This document shows positions 46,858 to 59,430 of a DNA stretch of 64,000 bases, piece after piece. The DNA lies in NCBI GenBank assembly GCA_905178155.1, contig CAJINV010000017.1, positions 124,001 through 188,000 on the forward strand. The letters are read 5' to 3'. Made by a program: the position numbers and the translations under genes. The notes below the pieces were generated by a model. That model was not told the DNA's origin. It ran no database searches and was given only the letters and a program-made list of their open reading frames with translations. The stretch is from Amoebophrya sp. A120. Its lineage: Eukaryota; Protista; Dinoflagellata. Numbering within the stretch: position 1 is the first letter of the stretch; the number at the start of each line of letters is the position of its first letter.

Positions 46858-49368
46858 ATGTGCCCCGCTGCTTACAGTGATCAAAGTACTCTCGTCTCCT
46901 CGTCCGTGTTGACAATAAACTGTGCTAGACTAGCAGCTTTTTCCGGCCGGACGAGCGTGCTGGTCGGTGCAGCGTTTGTGCAGTCAACCTATTTATCATC
47001 AACACCTCCACCTCGAGACGATTCGTCATCGCCCCCGCCGACAACCAGATCAACTATCACCACAAAGGCGGTCGATGAAGATAAAGAAGTTCTTGCCGAC
47101 GAGCGTCCGCAGGTAGCTTCGCTCGCACCTCCTGCCTCTCTGCTTCTGCAAGACTTTGATGTTGATAGCGGTAGAACTACAACCACCAACGAAACAGCTT
47201 TTCTAGATCTGCGCAGCCCCACGTCCGAAGATATTGCTCCAGGAGGAGGTGACTTCCAGATACAATGGATCAGTTCGTCAACAACCAGTGGGGACCAAGT
47301 CGTGGAAGGCGAAGGTCAGGACGCTGCTGCTGCATTCGGCGCGCAACTGGCAGCGGAAACAGAACCACAACCACAAGACGTGTCTTGTCTCTCGTTACCC
47401 AGCAACAGGACACGAACAAAAAGCAAGTCGTCCACTGGCGCCGCTTCGTCCACAACGACTCTGCGCTACAGCTCAAGCAGCAACAGTGGCGGAAGTGCGG
47501 CGAGCAGTGGCAGAAGCGGGAGGCCAAGTACCACAGTGCTGGTCCTCGCTGGAGAGGCTGACGCGGCTGGCGCAAGCGCATCAAGCACTCAAGCGAGCAC
47601 GGTTGTCTTTCCTTCGCGTCCGTTTCTGTCTGAAATGCTGGCGGCTGAAGGAAGTAGTTGTACGGGTAAATCATACGACGCTCCGCACTTGTTTGACCGG
47701 GCCACGACGCCTGGAGGTGATTCGGAGTCATCGCGTGTTTCGAAACTCCAACAGAATTCAAACCGATTTTGTTCTGACGGTGTGGCGTCAGAAGAATTTT
47801 CACCATCGCCGAGCCGACTCGACCCACAGACCTTCGGCAGTGCGGAAAGCGGAAGCAGTTCGACGGGCCGGCACGGAGGCGACGAGAGACAGTTTCTGTG
47901 GGACGCGATAGATCTAGATAATCCAGATGTCCGTACGTCCACTCCGTCTCCAGCGACGAAGAGCGATAACGATGTGCCTGAGCACAGAAATGACTGGCGA
48001 ATAAAAGCACTGCCATCGGGTGGAAGATGCAGCAGCACAGATTCGAAGAAACCGTCGAAATTTGCAAGAAGTAGAACCGGAACCACGAACTTACACGAGC
48101 GGATAAAGAGGACGAAAGCCGATCTTGTCGCCTTTGAACGCTCCATTCCATCGCTGAAGCACTCTCCCAAAGCGCAACCACTGCAATTCATGGCGCTTGA
48201 TAAGAAAGAGAAGACATCAAAAATGGAAGCTCCTTCTGCCAGCAAGCTTTCGAAACGTCGACTGAAGCTGCATCAGGGGGAAGCAAGTATCGAAGTTAAT
48301 GAGGAGGGACTACGCCGAGAAAAAGTGAAGGACTTTCTTCTTCGTGCAGAGGCTATAATGGCCTCCGACATCGCTCACGCCGATGATCATGGTTTTTCGG
48401 GAGCAGCTACTGATATGATTATTCGAGACGGAGACCGTCATGATCATACTCATACACTGCCTAGCCAGCGGGATCGAACTTCGCCCAGAAGCAGTTTTCT
48501 GGAAAATAACTCGGACGCGGCCTACCTACCTGTCTCGCTTTTTTCTGAAGATGAAGAGCCATTTCAAATAAAACAACAGACACCTTCCCACAAGGAAAAA
48601 GAGCGTTTGTCGTTTATTTTGCCAAAAACTTCTTGTTCTAAAGGAGCATCATCTTCAACATCTCCACCCCGTGCTGCGGACGATGAGAAAAGGACATCCG
48701 CCTGCCGGAAGCGCGACCACCAGCATCAAGCCGGCGTAGCAGTGGGCACGGAGAAGGGTAAGAACATGACGCGGCAATCCTCTGGGGGCTCTAGCGAAAC
48801 TTCTGCCGCGTCTGCTGCGAGTTTTTCATCTTCTTGCACAGACCGGAATGCTAGCCACCGCAAGAAGCTGTTTCACGAATTGAAGCGGGATTTTTTCAAA
48901 ATAAAGGAGTTGCGCGCCGAGCAGCGATATTACCGAAACAGCTGCCGGGAAGCAGAGGAACCAGTCGTGATGAGTGGATTCCACGAGCAGCTTCTGTCAA
49001 CACCGCTCCAGTGGCCGCTCTTCTTTCCGGCATCTAGTAGTTCGTCATACACCTCTACTTCTAATGATGAAGCGTTATTTGAGGACTGCAGCAGTGCTAC
49101 TGGTAGTGAAAAAGATTCCCCATCCGCGCCTGCGATCAGTAATATGGGTGCGGATAGCCCGTGGTCTGCATCTTCCGCAGAAGAAGCACCCTGGATCCCT
49201 CCTGCGGGGCCGGGGTTGGCTGACATGTTTCGCTGCGTCAAGCTTCCGGGGCGACGCCGTCCGGGTGCGCTGCCGTTTCGGGGAAGGCAAGGTAATGGGG
49301 ATGATGGAACATCTTCCGCAAGCGCTACACGACTTGCGCATAGTCTTTCGACCAAACTGTCATTGTAA
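46858..49368 (+). CDS. Hypothetical Ser-rich, probably disordered protein (start uncertain)
   Basis: Open frame of more than 830 codons on the same strand as all other genes; no recognisable domain. Confidence 0.55.
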   Translation: MCPAAYSDQSTLVSSSVLTINCARLAAFSGRTSVLVGAAFVQSTYLSSTPPPRDDSSSPPPTTRSTITTKAVDEDKEVLADERPQVASLAPPASLLLQDFDVDSGRTTTTNETAFLDLRSPTSEDIAPGGGDFQIQWISSSTTSGDQVVEGEGQDAAAAFGAQLAAETEPQPQDVSCLSLPSNRTRTKSKSSTGAASSTTTLRYSSSSNSGGSAASSGRSGRPSTTVLVLAGEADAAGASASSTQASTVVFPSRPFLSEMLAAEGSSCTGKSYDAPHLFDRATTPGGDSESSRVSKLQQNSNRFCSDGVASEEFSPSPSRLDPQTFGSAESGSSSTGRHGGDERQFLWDAIDLDNPDVRTSTPSPATKSDNDVPEHRNDWRIKALPSGGRCSSTDSKKPSKFARSRTGTTNLHERIKRTKADLVAFERSIPSLKHSPKAQPLQFMALDKKEKTSKMEAPSASKLSKRRLKLHQGEASIEVNEEGLRREKVKDFLLRAEAIMASDIAHADDHGFSGAATDMIIRDGDRHDHTHTLPSQRDRTSPRSSFLENNSDAAYLPVSLFSEDEEPFQIKQQTPSHKEKERLSFILPKTSCSKGASSSTSPPRAADDEKRTSACRKRDHQHQAGVAVGTEKGKNMTRQSSGGSSETSAASAASFSSSCTDRNASHRKKLFHELKRDFFKIKELRAEQRYYRNSCREAEEPVVMSGFHEQLLSTPLQWPLFFPASSSSSYTSTSNDEALFEDCSSATGSEKDSPSAPAISNMGADSPWSASSAEEAPWIPPAGPGLADMFRCVKLPGRRRPGALPFRGRQGNGDDGTSSASATRLAHSLSTKLSL

Positions 49369-50448
49369 AAAAAGACTTGAGGCCTGCTGCTAAGAATCCT
49401 GGCGTACCGTGTGCCTGAGCTTGCCCTCAGCTTTCGGCGTTTATACATCACGCATAGTATTGTATTAATTTCAGATGTTGCTGCTTACAACATAGCGCCT
49501 GTACTTACATAGAGCGCCTTCGTTCCTCTCGCACTTTTCGCATAATCGCACCCGATCTCATAGTCATAGAAGCATCTACTTGCGAAGGAGAACATAAACT
49601 CAAAGAAGCCTGCGAACAAGTATACACGACAAGGACCACGAAAGTAGTGCCTGCTGCTGCACTTTGTTCTGCCACACACATGTTGCTTGTGGACTATACA
49701 CGCGCACCCGCACGCTCCACCTTCTATATATGATAATTGTTCCTCTGAGCGATTGGATGCGAAATAAGATCCAGAAACCTGGATCCCAGATGAAGATCTC
49801 GATCGTAGAGCAGGATCTAAAGGAGATCATTTTCACCCTGATGATCCCATTAGTAGTGACCGATAGATATCAATTGATACGTGCAGAGGATCCCAGATTA
49901 TACCGAGCTTTCAAGTGATGGTGATCCACGGCAAACATTTACATTGCGCGACTGCGGTCGTGAAACTGTGTCCGATGAGAGAAAATGATAATGAATACAG
50001 GTCTCCATAGAAATTAAGTGGGCCTTCATCTATTTCTTCTTCCAGAAATATCGATCTCCTGTCGTGATCGACAACTCTAAGGAATGGTTTTCTTCTTGCC
50101 CTCCGACAACCGCCCAGGTGAGAGCATGCTAAGTCTAGATTAGTACACCCTGAAAGATTATCAACAACGACTTGTTTACAACTTTATTTCGAGTTTGCAG
50201 TCTTCAAACATAAAGATAAACATTTGAGCGAAGAAAAAAAATTCTTTACACTTTTATTACAGTACTACCAGCAACATATAGGGCGGGACCACATATTGAG
50301 TTGTTTGCGTTACCGAAAAGAGCTGTCAATTTTCTGAAACGCGGCAACCAAGTACTTCTACTTACTTTCCGATTGAGATATATCCAACTGCAACTGATTT
50401 GTGTCTATACAAGCTCTAGTTTTGAAACACATAAAGAAAAGAACGACG

Positions 50449-51950
50449 ATGCTCATGTTTCCGTCCCGTCAAAGCAGACACAACCGCTGTTCTAGCGGCC
50501 ACGGTTTCGTCTGCGGCACCGTCTTGGCGTTGGTAGCGATTAGCCAGCACTGGCTCTTCGCAAACTTGAAAAGTGGCGTAATTGTTACACCCACATCCGC
50601 GCTCACGTTGACGAAAAAAACCAACAAAGACATCAACCCGCATTTGGTGGAAACCATCGCGGGGCTGTCAGTCTGGGAGAGCTGGTCATTAATTCGTGAT
50701 GCGTCTGCGGAAAAAAACGATGGACGATCTGGATTCTCTTCCGCGGACCGCCAGCCACGAGAATAGAAAGGAAAAGCCTGTCATTCCGAGCGAAGGTGGA
50801 TGCTGCTATCAGCGAAAGCGAGGCCCTTATACCGCAGTTGCAAGATAAGGCCGTTCAGCTGCGGAACGCGCTCACAGAAGTTGAAGTGCAGCGGCAAAGT
50901 TTTTCTCAAGGGGTAGGTGCTGCAGAGGAGGCTGAGGCATCAACATCTTCCATGTCTTATCTTCCGACCATGCAAGATGAGTCGACTCGGACTCACGTGC
51001 AGTCCGCTTTTGTAAGACAGCAGCGTGCGCGTGCGCGTTCGCCGCAGGGCGACAGTAGCAAAAAGGACAAATATCAAAAACCACATCTGCGTTCGTGCTT
51101 GAAGAAAAACCCTGCCGCGAGCACGCCCCCAAGGACTCCGAGTCGTCAACAAAGCGGCGACGCCGTTCCGACCGACGAGAGTCTTCTTGCGCGGGCGGGG
51201 GACCAGCCGCACAGCGGGGAAGCACTTGGTGATTTTTCCGAGGCAGACGCTGATAGGGTTACCATTCCAGACACAAGTCCTGCGGCTAACACTGTCGAGA
51301 TTTCACCGGTGAGGCACGTGTGGTGGGCAGACGGAGGTGGCGCTGAGGACGCGCCCTCTACCAATAGCGACGAGAGCGAGACGGTATCGACCTACAGCTC
51401 GACGACCCCCGCTTATACTGCTAGCCCCTCCACCGCGCAGCCCTATCCAAGACCAGGTAGCTTTTCTAACCATGATCGTGACTGCCGATGCCACCCGGAT
51501 TTGGTTTTGCACGCCTGTGATTACGACCCGGCGCATCTCGCGCAATTGTGCAGAAGGAAACAGGAGATGGAGAAACGCAAGGCGGCAAAGGCAAAAAGAC
51601 GCTCGGTGGAAATCATAGTAAGCGAGGAGCTACCGAAGATGAAAGAAATTCAAAAACAGCTTACCAACTTTCGTGCCTGGATGGAGCTCTATCGGGCGGA
51701 CAAAAACTGTCCCGATAAACCGGACAGAGTCGGAAAGATCGATGAAAACGGAAACGGGCTGTACGCAGCGTTTCTACGGGGCGTCTTGCGAAAAGATTGG
51801 GAAGCGAGGCAGTGGATCCAAATGTTGGCGCGGACCAAACAAAGTGTGCAGAGACAATTGGCGGAGGTTGACAATTTCTTAACGTGCCATGGTCTTTCCG
51901 GAGAAAATTCGGCTTCGATGCGTGCTGGATCCGGTTCTTCATCTACTTAG
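50449..51950 (+). CDS. Hypothetical protein with N-terminal hydrophobic segment and coiled coils; putative GT-AG intron 50667-50776
   Basis: ORFs 50401 and 50796 join in frame via GTCAGT...AAAAG (IAGL|LSFRAKVD). Confidence 0.55.
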
Positions 51951-53319
51951 GCGGAACACATAAAGACGAAAGTAGATGAAATAAATTAAAATTTGCTATT
52001 TACAACAATCGCACGCGCTCACCCAGCGTCGCGCAACTAAACACCTTGTAGAAATGAAGAGCCCGACATGTATGATCTTTTGTAGTGCGTGCCTGCTGGC
52101 AGTGAGTGTACTTCTTTCTTCTCTAATCCTATCAAGACATATTGCAATCGCAACTACCACGATCTGCATTTTGTTGTGTCTGTTTTGAAGCTTGCCTGCT
52201 GTAAGATGAGTTTTCAAATGTTTGTGTCTGCTCGACGATAGAGTGCTCCTTCTGGTGCTTTTTTGTTCCAAATGGAATTTTTGGCCAGAAGTTGGGGCAC
52301 AGCTTTCACGTTGAGTACAAACCGGTTTACGTTTTGGCATGTCGAATGTAAGTGTTTGAAATCTTCATGATTTATTTGAGTGAGACATCAGGTAGGCCAC
52401 TTTCGCCGTATTTGGTTACTTTCTGTCACTTTTACACACGTCGTCGATGACGAAGAAGGAGCAAGAAGCGCACTAACGTGCGCTCGTCGCCACTAGCACA
52501 AGCTGGTAGACTACTTCTCGACTGTCTGAAGCACAAGGAAGTACTTACAGTGAACCAATGCCACATGGAACAAATTCTGAAGTACAGTGAAAGAATGCAA
52601 AAAATCTTAGCGACCCGTCGCCGGGCATGCGCATGCTTGTTTTTGAAAGGCAGAGGAGCTCCAGTGTGTGTAGTTATTCAGTTGGCACCAGTTGCTCCTA
52701 GTCCTACCTCCACTGCTTGGTTTTATTCGCGACTACGTCCAGCTCTGCCTCCGTGTCCAGCATGTTTTTTATCTTACCTTGATCTAGTGGTCTATGTCTA
52801 TCTTCTCCTTCGCCCCCTCTTCATCCTGTTTCCGTCCCTGTCCGCCGTCAGCGTGGAAAGGGTTTAAGTGGAGGGCTTTAGGGAATTAGGGTTCTTAGTT
52901 TGATCTTACTTTGATCTAGTTTATGTCTAGTCTCTCGAGATTTTCGCTACTTACCTGCTGATCAACAATGAAGTAAGAGCTAGAGGATCGAAGGAGATTT
53001 AGCAGAAGCAGAAGGATCCTCCATCTTGTTAAAGAGCTAGGTCACCGATCCGAGAACTTCTCCTGTTGAGAAACGACCAGCTCTCGCTCTTTTTGTCAGG
53101 ACGAATTGCACTTGATGCATATCGGAATAGCAACTTGTTTTCCTCGCAGTGGTCTTCTCGTGCTTTGTTTTCTTTTGGTCAACCTCGCGTACTATATTTA
53201 TCTGGTCAGTCCTGATTTGAAGATAATCATAGTTTTCGTTTCTCTGCCTTCTACTGCGATTACGTAGATCATAGGTACGACGGAGCTGCAACGACAGAAG
53301 CTGATTACTACGAGCAGCC

Positions 53320-55405
53320 ATGTTCTTTGAAATGAATTCCCGACACAGAAACAGAATGGCCTTTCTTCATAAGGTTTTGGTTTTCGCTCTGACTTCTGGT
53401 CTGAGTGATTTCCTCACCTTTGATGGAACGCAGGATCATGCACCGGCGCAGTTCTCCCGACATGCAGGTGGAACAAGGCAGCCTTACAGAAGCCCGGCAC
53501 CAGGTGGTACTCTCTATGTTGCAGCAATGAGTCCCCTTCAAGTCCCGGGTTGTAGTCTGCGCCCTCGCGGCGCCGGCACGAGCGCGTGTCTGCGCCGACG
53601 CGCGGGCAGCGTCGGGCCCGCGCCGAGACAGACCGTCGTGCAAAATATGAACGGGGAAGCTGCTGGTGCGCCAGCAGCGTCTGCGTCGTCATCCCCCAGC
53701 ACGACGGGACGAGTTGCTGAAGGTTCAGTAGACCGTCCGCCCGGTAGCAGTAACACTTCTTCGTCGAGTATCGAAGAAAAAAACACCATCACAATCACAT
53801 TTAGGAGGTTTTGCATCAGAAATTTCTCTCGCATGACAAATTTTTCTTGTATTGCAAAAACCCAAAGGGAAATCGCCAATAGCTCGTGACTGTCATGCAT
53901 TTTTGCGCATGACAAAAATTTTTGTATTGCAAAAATATGCAAATGTGATTGTGATGGTGTTTTTTTCTTGAATATCGAGGACGTCCTCGTCGTGGTTCGG
54001 ATTACTACTTGGGACGACTGCGACGACCGAAGAAGATGATGCAGACCATAGACATAGTCATCGTCATACAGTTAATACAGATCCTGCAGCTCATAACATA
54101 GAAGGTGTTGAAGACTTGAGTACCCCTGCAGCAGCGGGTCCGAGTGCTGTTGACTCGTCCTCAGCAGGTTTTCTTTCATCTGCTTCCGGCGCATCTACCG
54201 CTTCTCACCGTTCCTGCAGCCCGTCTTTACTGGAACACGGACGAGAACAAACAGGCAGTTTTTCCCATCATGCGGGTGATGAACAACGCGAACAAACTCC
54301 AATCGCCCGCAATCCGCTCGATGTATTCGGCGCTCGACAGGACCTTTGTTGCTTCTGCATGTACCCACTGATAAGTAGCGCAGCTGCTCCTCCGGACGAG
54401 GAGCAAGCGGGACAAGGCGGAGGACGAAGACCTTGTTCGCCGGCAAGAACGCAAGGGACCGCGGCAAACGAATCTCAGCAGGAGGAGGTGGTAAGTGGAA
54501 CACAATCTTCATGTGGTACTACAAGTTGTCCTTCTACTTGTTCGAGGACGACAGAGGAGCCCCAGCTGCAGGAGCCGGCAGATAAAGTGGTCCAGAACAG
54601 CGTTTGTGGGCACTTTTTTCACAAAGCTTGCGTCGATGTTTACCTGCAGAAGCAAACGAAACACTACCGCGTGCGGTACGCTACCTGCCCACACTGCCGC
54701 GAACCCTGGATCAAAAAAGAAAAAGTGAAGTGGATAGAGACTTTCAAAGACCGAGCCGAGTCCGTCTGCCTCCATCTCGCGGACCAGTTCGGCCATTGTT
54801 GCTCCGCTTGGAAACAACTGCTGAGACTGCAACCGCTTTCGGATTGGCTCCCGGAGGAACGGCGCTACTTTCCAACGCGTAATGAGTTTATCGGCCTTAC
54901 CAGCGGAAACTGCATTTGCATACACGCAATTTTGCAAGCAGTGAACTTCCAGCCGGAGAAGGCATGCTTTAATTTCCTCACCACCCCGGGCTTACCGAGT
55001 GTGGAGGAACTTGTGGCGCAGGCAACTGGTGTGCTCTCCAGTCTTACGGAATTACCGACACACCAGATCCAAGCGTTAAAACACGCTGTGGTGATGTGTT
55101 GCATTTGCAACGGCTGCTTTGTTCTCCGCAGACCGCTGGTGGAAGGGGTGCGGAGAGGCTTCCACTGGCCCTGTCTGCCACCGAAACGCGCGGAACAGGA
55201 GCAGATGTGGGAGGTATGTTACGATCCTGCAGATGACCAGGAAAGAGAGAAGTTTAAAAATAGCGGCCCTTGTATTCACGACGACCTTAGGCGCCCGAAT
55301 GATGTGAACCGTCATCACGGACATGGAGTCGCAGTGCGCCAGTCAGGAGCCGCAGGAGCATGTTCACAGGCAGCAGTGCCAAGCCAGCTGAGGATGTGCG
55401 AGTAA
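53320..55405 (+). CDS. RING-H2 finger protein (putative E3 ligase); exons 53320-53768 and 53980-55405
   Basis: CCFC ... CGHFFHKAC ... CPHC. Removing the element plus TSD links ORF 53320 to ORF 54116 with no stop. Confidence 0.7.
53769..53974. mobile_element. 206-nt TIR introner, family E-like, TSD TCGAG
   Basis: 34-nt TIR TATCGAAGAAAAAAACACCATCACAATCACATTT with 2 mismatches; TCGAG at 53764-53768 and 53975-53979. Confidence 0.95.
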
Positions 55406-56834
55406 ATAAAGGCACCCTGAGGCTGCACACGAGATGCAGGCTCTCCACATTTTTTACTGAAGTTGTCCTGATGCTGATGAAGATGTAGTGAAGCCGTGGT
55501 GCGCGTTGATGAAGATGTAGTGTGGTCCGCGTCCATGCATCGACTGCTGCTCCGCGTTTATTTGATCTTCATTTAATGGCCCTCATCACAAAGAACCGAT
55601 GGATCAGGATCTTGATTCGATGTGGGCGGTTTGGAAAGACAAAGGGTAGAAAGCGCCTCGAACAGCGACGATGGATTGCTCGCGTTTGGTGTTGAGGAGG
55701 ACCTCGACCTCGTTGTATGTAACTATAAAAGTTTCAGTTAGTCCGAACCCACTCACTCCAGCATGTCGGAAGAGAAACGAGCACTGGTGACGCTTTTAAC
55801 GGTTGTAGGGAACAACAAGTTCTTTCAACAGAACGACAACGAGCGTGGACGTGGAGGACTCACTGTCCCCGTAGTAAGTAAGTACTTGGACGACCGCTTT
55901 CTTCCGTACTTGTTCTTTCTGTGTATCATGTCAGGCAGAACAAGTCCCGAAGTACTTAATCCATAATCGGGAGTGTAAAGAAATATCAAGATCATCCACT
56001 TCTTGAGGAAGATACTCAATGGTTCCCCAGATCTTGAGTTCGTCCCTAGATCATGAACATGATCAGCGACTGTGGTATTTTCATTGATCCTCATCCTCTG
56101 AATCGAATCCGATCCTATTTTTAGGTCAAGGTTCATCTTGCATCGTTTATTTTCCGACGTATCTAATTCTAGATGATGTACTAGCTCAAGCTCCGAAATC
56201 ACAATCAGCAACGAACGAAAAGGATCTGAAAAGAGCTGAATGATCATCCATTGCAACTCGAAAGCCATGCATTGAAAGTCAAGTAATCGTGATCCCAATT
56301 CATCCAAAAATCGGTCAAGATCAAATACAACCAAATGGTGTTGTACGCATGGTGATGATCCTTTGCTGCCTTGAAGAATTGACTAAAATGCCTCACGAGA
56401 AGATATGGATCTTCATGACACGCTGTGAAAAATATGAAGGAGAGCCACATGATCAAGTTACGACCGCACATTTTCATTTTCTCTCCCAAAAGCCCTTGTC
56501 AGCCTTCCAAATCACTTTTGCTTTTCGTTTTGTTAGAAAAATATCCCACATTTTGGCAAAGGCTTTATCCATTTACGCTGTCTACTTACGCTTTTTGAAT
56601 GATGAAGATTTGACCCTCTTGTATAATTTCTAAAGTATGTAATGATGTTTTCGCTTCGGCAGTACTAACAAACACGCTTTATCATGTTCTCCTGCATTCA
56701 TAATTTGTCGTATCGAAACGAAGCAAGAAGAATTTAAACGGTCGCGCAACAACATTGTCTCCCTTCATCTTATATGTTCTAGCTTTTCATCTTTCTTCAC
56801 GGCGACAAACACAAAATAAAAACACTCGACTATC

Positions 56835-59430
56835 ATGGTGTCGCATGATCGTACAACAAGTTCTGCAGCGCCTGCCGCAGCAGGAGCAGGCGTCAAAAGA
56901 GCCTCCACGGATTCCCGAGTATACGACACTAGTGCCGGCACAAGAACTCGTTTGGTCTACTACCAGACCGGGGACGGGCAGTGGGTGACGATGGCCGAAC
57001 CGGAAGATGACACCTTTGAGGAGGACCGTTCCTCGAACACCAGCAGCATTTGCGGTTGCGCCGTGTGGGTGTTTGTCTTGATCATCGTGCTGATTTCCGT
57101 CCTCGTGTTGGGGGGTATCATCGTCGCGATTGTCCTCTTAGCGGCGAACAACGCCTCGGACACCGGAAACAACCATACTCCGGCGCAGCCCCGCCCGCCC
57201 CCGACCGGCGACGACATTTTGGATTCTCTGGTGAACATGAACAAGGACGTGCCGGAGGAAAACCTCCCGGGTTATCACCAACGCCACGTGTCCGCCTATA
57301 CCCGGCTGGCGAGCCCGAGCGGGAATCTGCTCGCGGAGATCACGAACAACGTGATCACGGGGGAGGACCGCTATTCGTACACGGCTACCGACCGCCTGTT
57401 CGACGACGGGCAAACGATTGTCGCGTTTCTGAGCCGGATCGGAGTGCGCAGTCGCTCGACGCAGACGGTGCTGCCCCAGAACTTCACCCAGCTGGCGCAA
57501 CGGGACGTCGAGTACCGCACGTCCTTCGGACTGCGCGTGGACATTGGGGACAGCCCGGACTGGCAGAACCATTTGGTCCTCCTGGATACGGGCGGCGGCG
57601 CCATGAGCTACTTCCTGGCGACGCAAAAGCAGCTGCAAGATTCTGGGTTCCGGAACCGCAACACGGGCCGCGGCCGGACGCACAACAGCACGACGAAGAA
57701 GGACATTCACATTGTATGACAATGCACAACCCCCCCTCGTCCCCCTCATTTGTATTTCTATTTTTGCATGAGCAGCATAAATACAGACACCCTCACGACC
57801 TGTGGAGCCAATGCTTGCATGATAAATTTTTGTTGTTAGTAGTGTAGTACTCTTTAGGCCGCTTCCGGAGTTTGTCCTGCGAACAGTGCCGAAGGGAAGC
57901 ACTTTGACTTTGGTTTGGGGTTTTGCATGACAAATGAGGTCGTGGTGGAGGGGGAGTTGTGGACTTTCATACATTGTGACCAAGTTTCAGAAGGACCGGG
58001 ACTACGTCGAGTGCCGCTACGTCGGGGGCTGCCACAAGGGGCGATTGGTGGGGGACCGTTGGAAGATTGCCGGAAGCAACGCGCAATTGCAGTTGAAAGA
58101 CAACAATTTCGTCCCATCGGACCAAAAAACCCTGCCGCTCGTCTACGTGCAGGAGCCCGGCAGGCGGGACAATCCGGACGGCGGCAACTTTGGGCTCGGT
58201 TTCCGCACGGAAACGTGGAAAAGCAACATGTTCACGAGCGAGATCAGCACCATTCTGGACCAGTTTCGCCTCCACAGCGTCTACAGAGGGGCAGCTGCGG
58301 GTCTTGCAAACGACCCCTTTCGCCCGATGGTGTACAGCTTCCAGCTGGCCCGGCCGACGGGGGAGAAGACCACCGAGTGGCATGTGTACCCGCAGCTGGT
58401 TATCAACAGCCTGCCTCCGGACAGCGGCGACCGGCTCCGCGCGTTCGACCTGGCTCAGCAAAATTTCGCCGTCCGGGCGGGCGACGTGCTACTGCAAAAG
58501 CTGGAGTCCGAGTGGGGCCAGGAGGGTGCGTATCCGAGGGAGATCTTCAATAAGATCAAATCCGCACGTATTGACAAGGATGAGCACACCTTGAATTACC
58601 TGCGGTCGAAGGTGCTGCGGAAAATCTACAACGGCGACTTTGGAACGCCGCAAAAACGGGAGCAGACCACCACCAGCCCGTTCTACAAACAGATTGTCAA
58701 GCCAGCGACGGATTTTCGCCCGACCTTCTGGCAGCTCCACATCACGCGGGTGCGGATCGGAAAGACAGTCGTGGAGGCGGAAAAGGACATGTTCAAGTAC
58801 AAGTTCAACGACGCGCGGGCCCGCATGCCCGAGCCGGACCCGAACAAACGGCTCGACGCAACCTTCAAGCCGACCACCGACTGGGAGTACGGGTGGGACG
58901 CGTTCGACCAAAATTTGGCCGACCGGAGCGCGAGCGTGTTTGACCAGACCGATTTGAAGCGGAAAGTCCACCCCATCAACGGCCCGCTGCACACCACGAA
59001 GATACGCATGGTAGCGGTGGATGGGACGTTGGCGGACAACTTTGACAAGGACCAAGACGAACATGTCCACCCGGACAAGCGGTACCTCGCCGTGGTGGAC
59101 TCCGGGTGGTCCATGCTGTCCCTCGCGAAGCCGCTGTACCGGATCTTTCACCGGAAGCTGGAGCTGGTCAACTTTGTGTGCGAAGACGGGCCGGAGCTGG
59201 GCTTCGAGTTCGAGACCGGCACGGAGCGGCACTGGTACTTTTTGACGCCGAAGGACTACTGCTTCTGCCAAGGGGTGTATCTCGGCAACAAAAAAGTGAA
59301 CAGTTGCGTGGACGACGGCGGCATGGATGGCCGCGACGGCACGGCGGTGATGCTGGGCATGCCCTTCCACCGGGCTTTCTACGTAGGCTACGACTACAAC
59401 AACCGCAAGCTCTGGCTGCCGAAAATGTAA
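56835..59430 (+). CDS. Membrane-anchored pepsin-family (A1) aspartic protease; exons 56835-57714 and 57977-59430
   Basis: N-terminal transmembrane helix, LLDTG (D at 57585), VVDSG (D at 59098) and C-terminal LGMPFHRAFYVGYD. Confidence 0.85.
57715..57971. mobile_element. 257-nt TIR introner, TSD CATTG
   Basis: TATGACAATGCACAACCCCCCCTC...GAGGGGGAGTTGTGGACTTTCATA; removal gives DIHI|VTKFQK. Confidence 0.9.

Noticed and set aside
50665-50783. CTGTCA direct repeat suggesting another introner
   Set aside because: There are no TIRs and no internal motif; a GT-AG intron at 50667-50776 explains the frame change.
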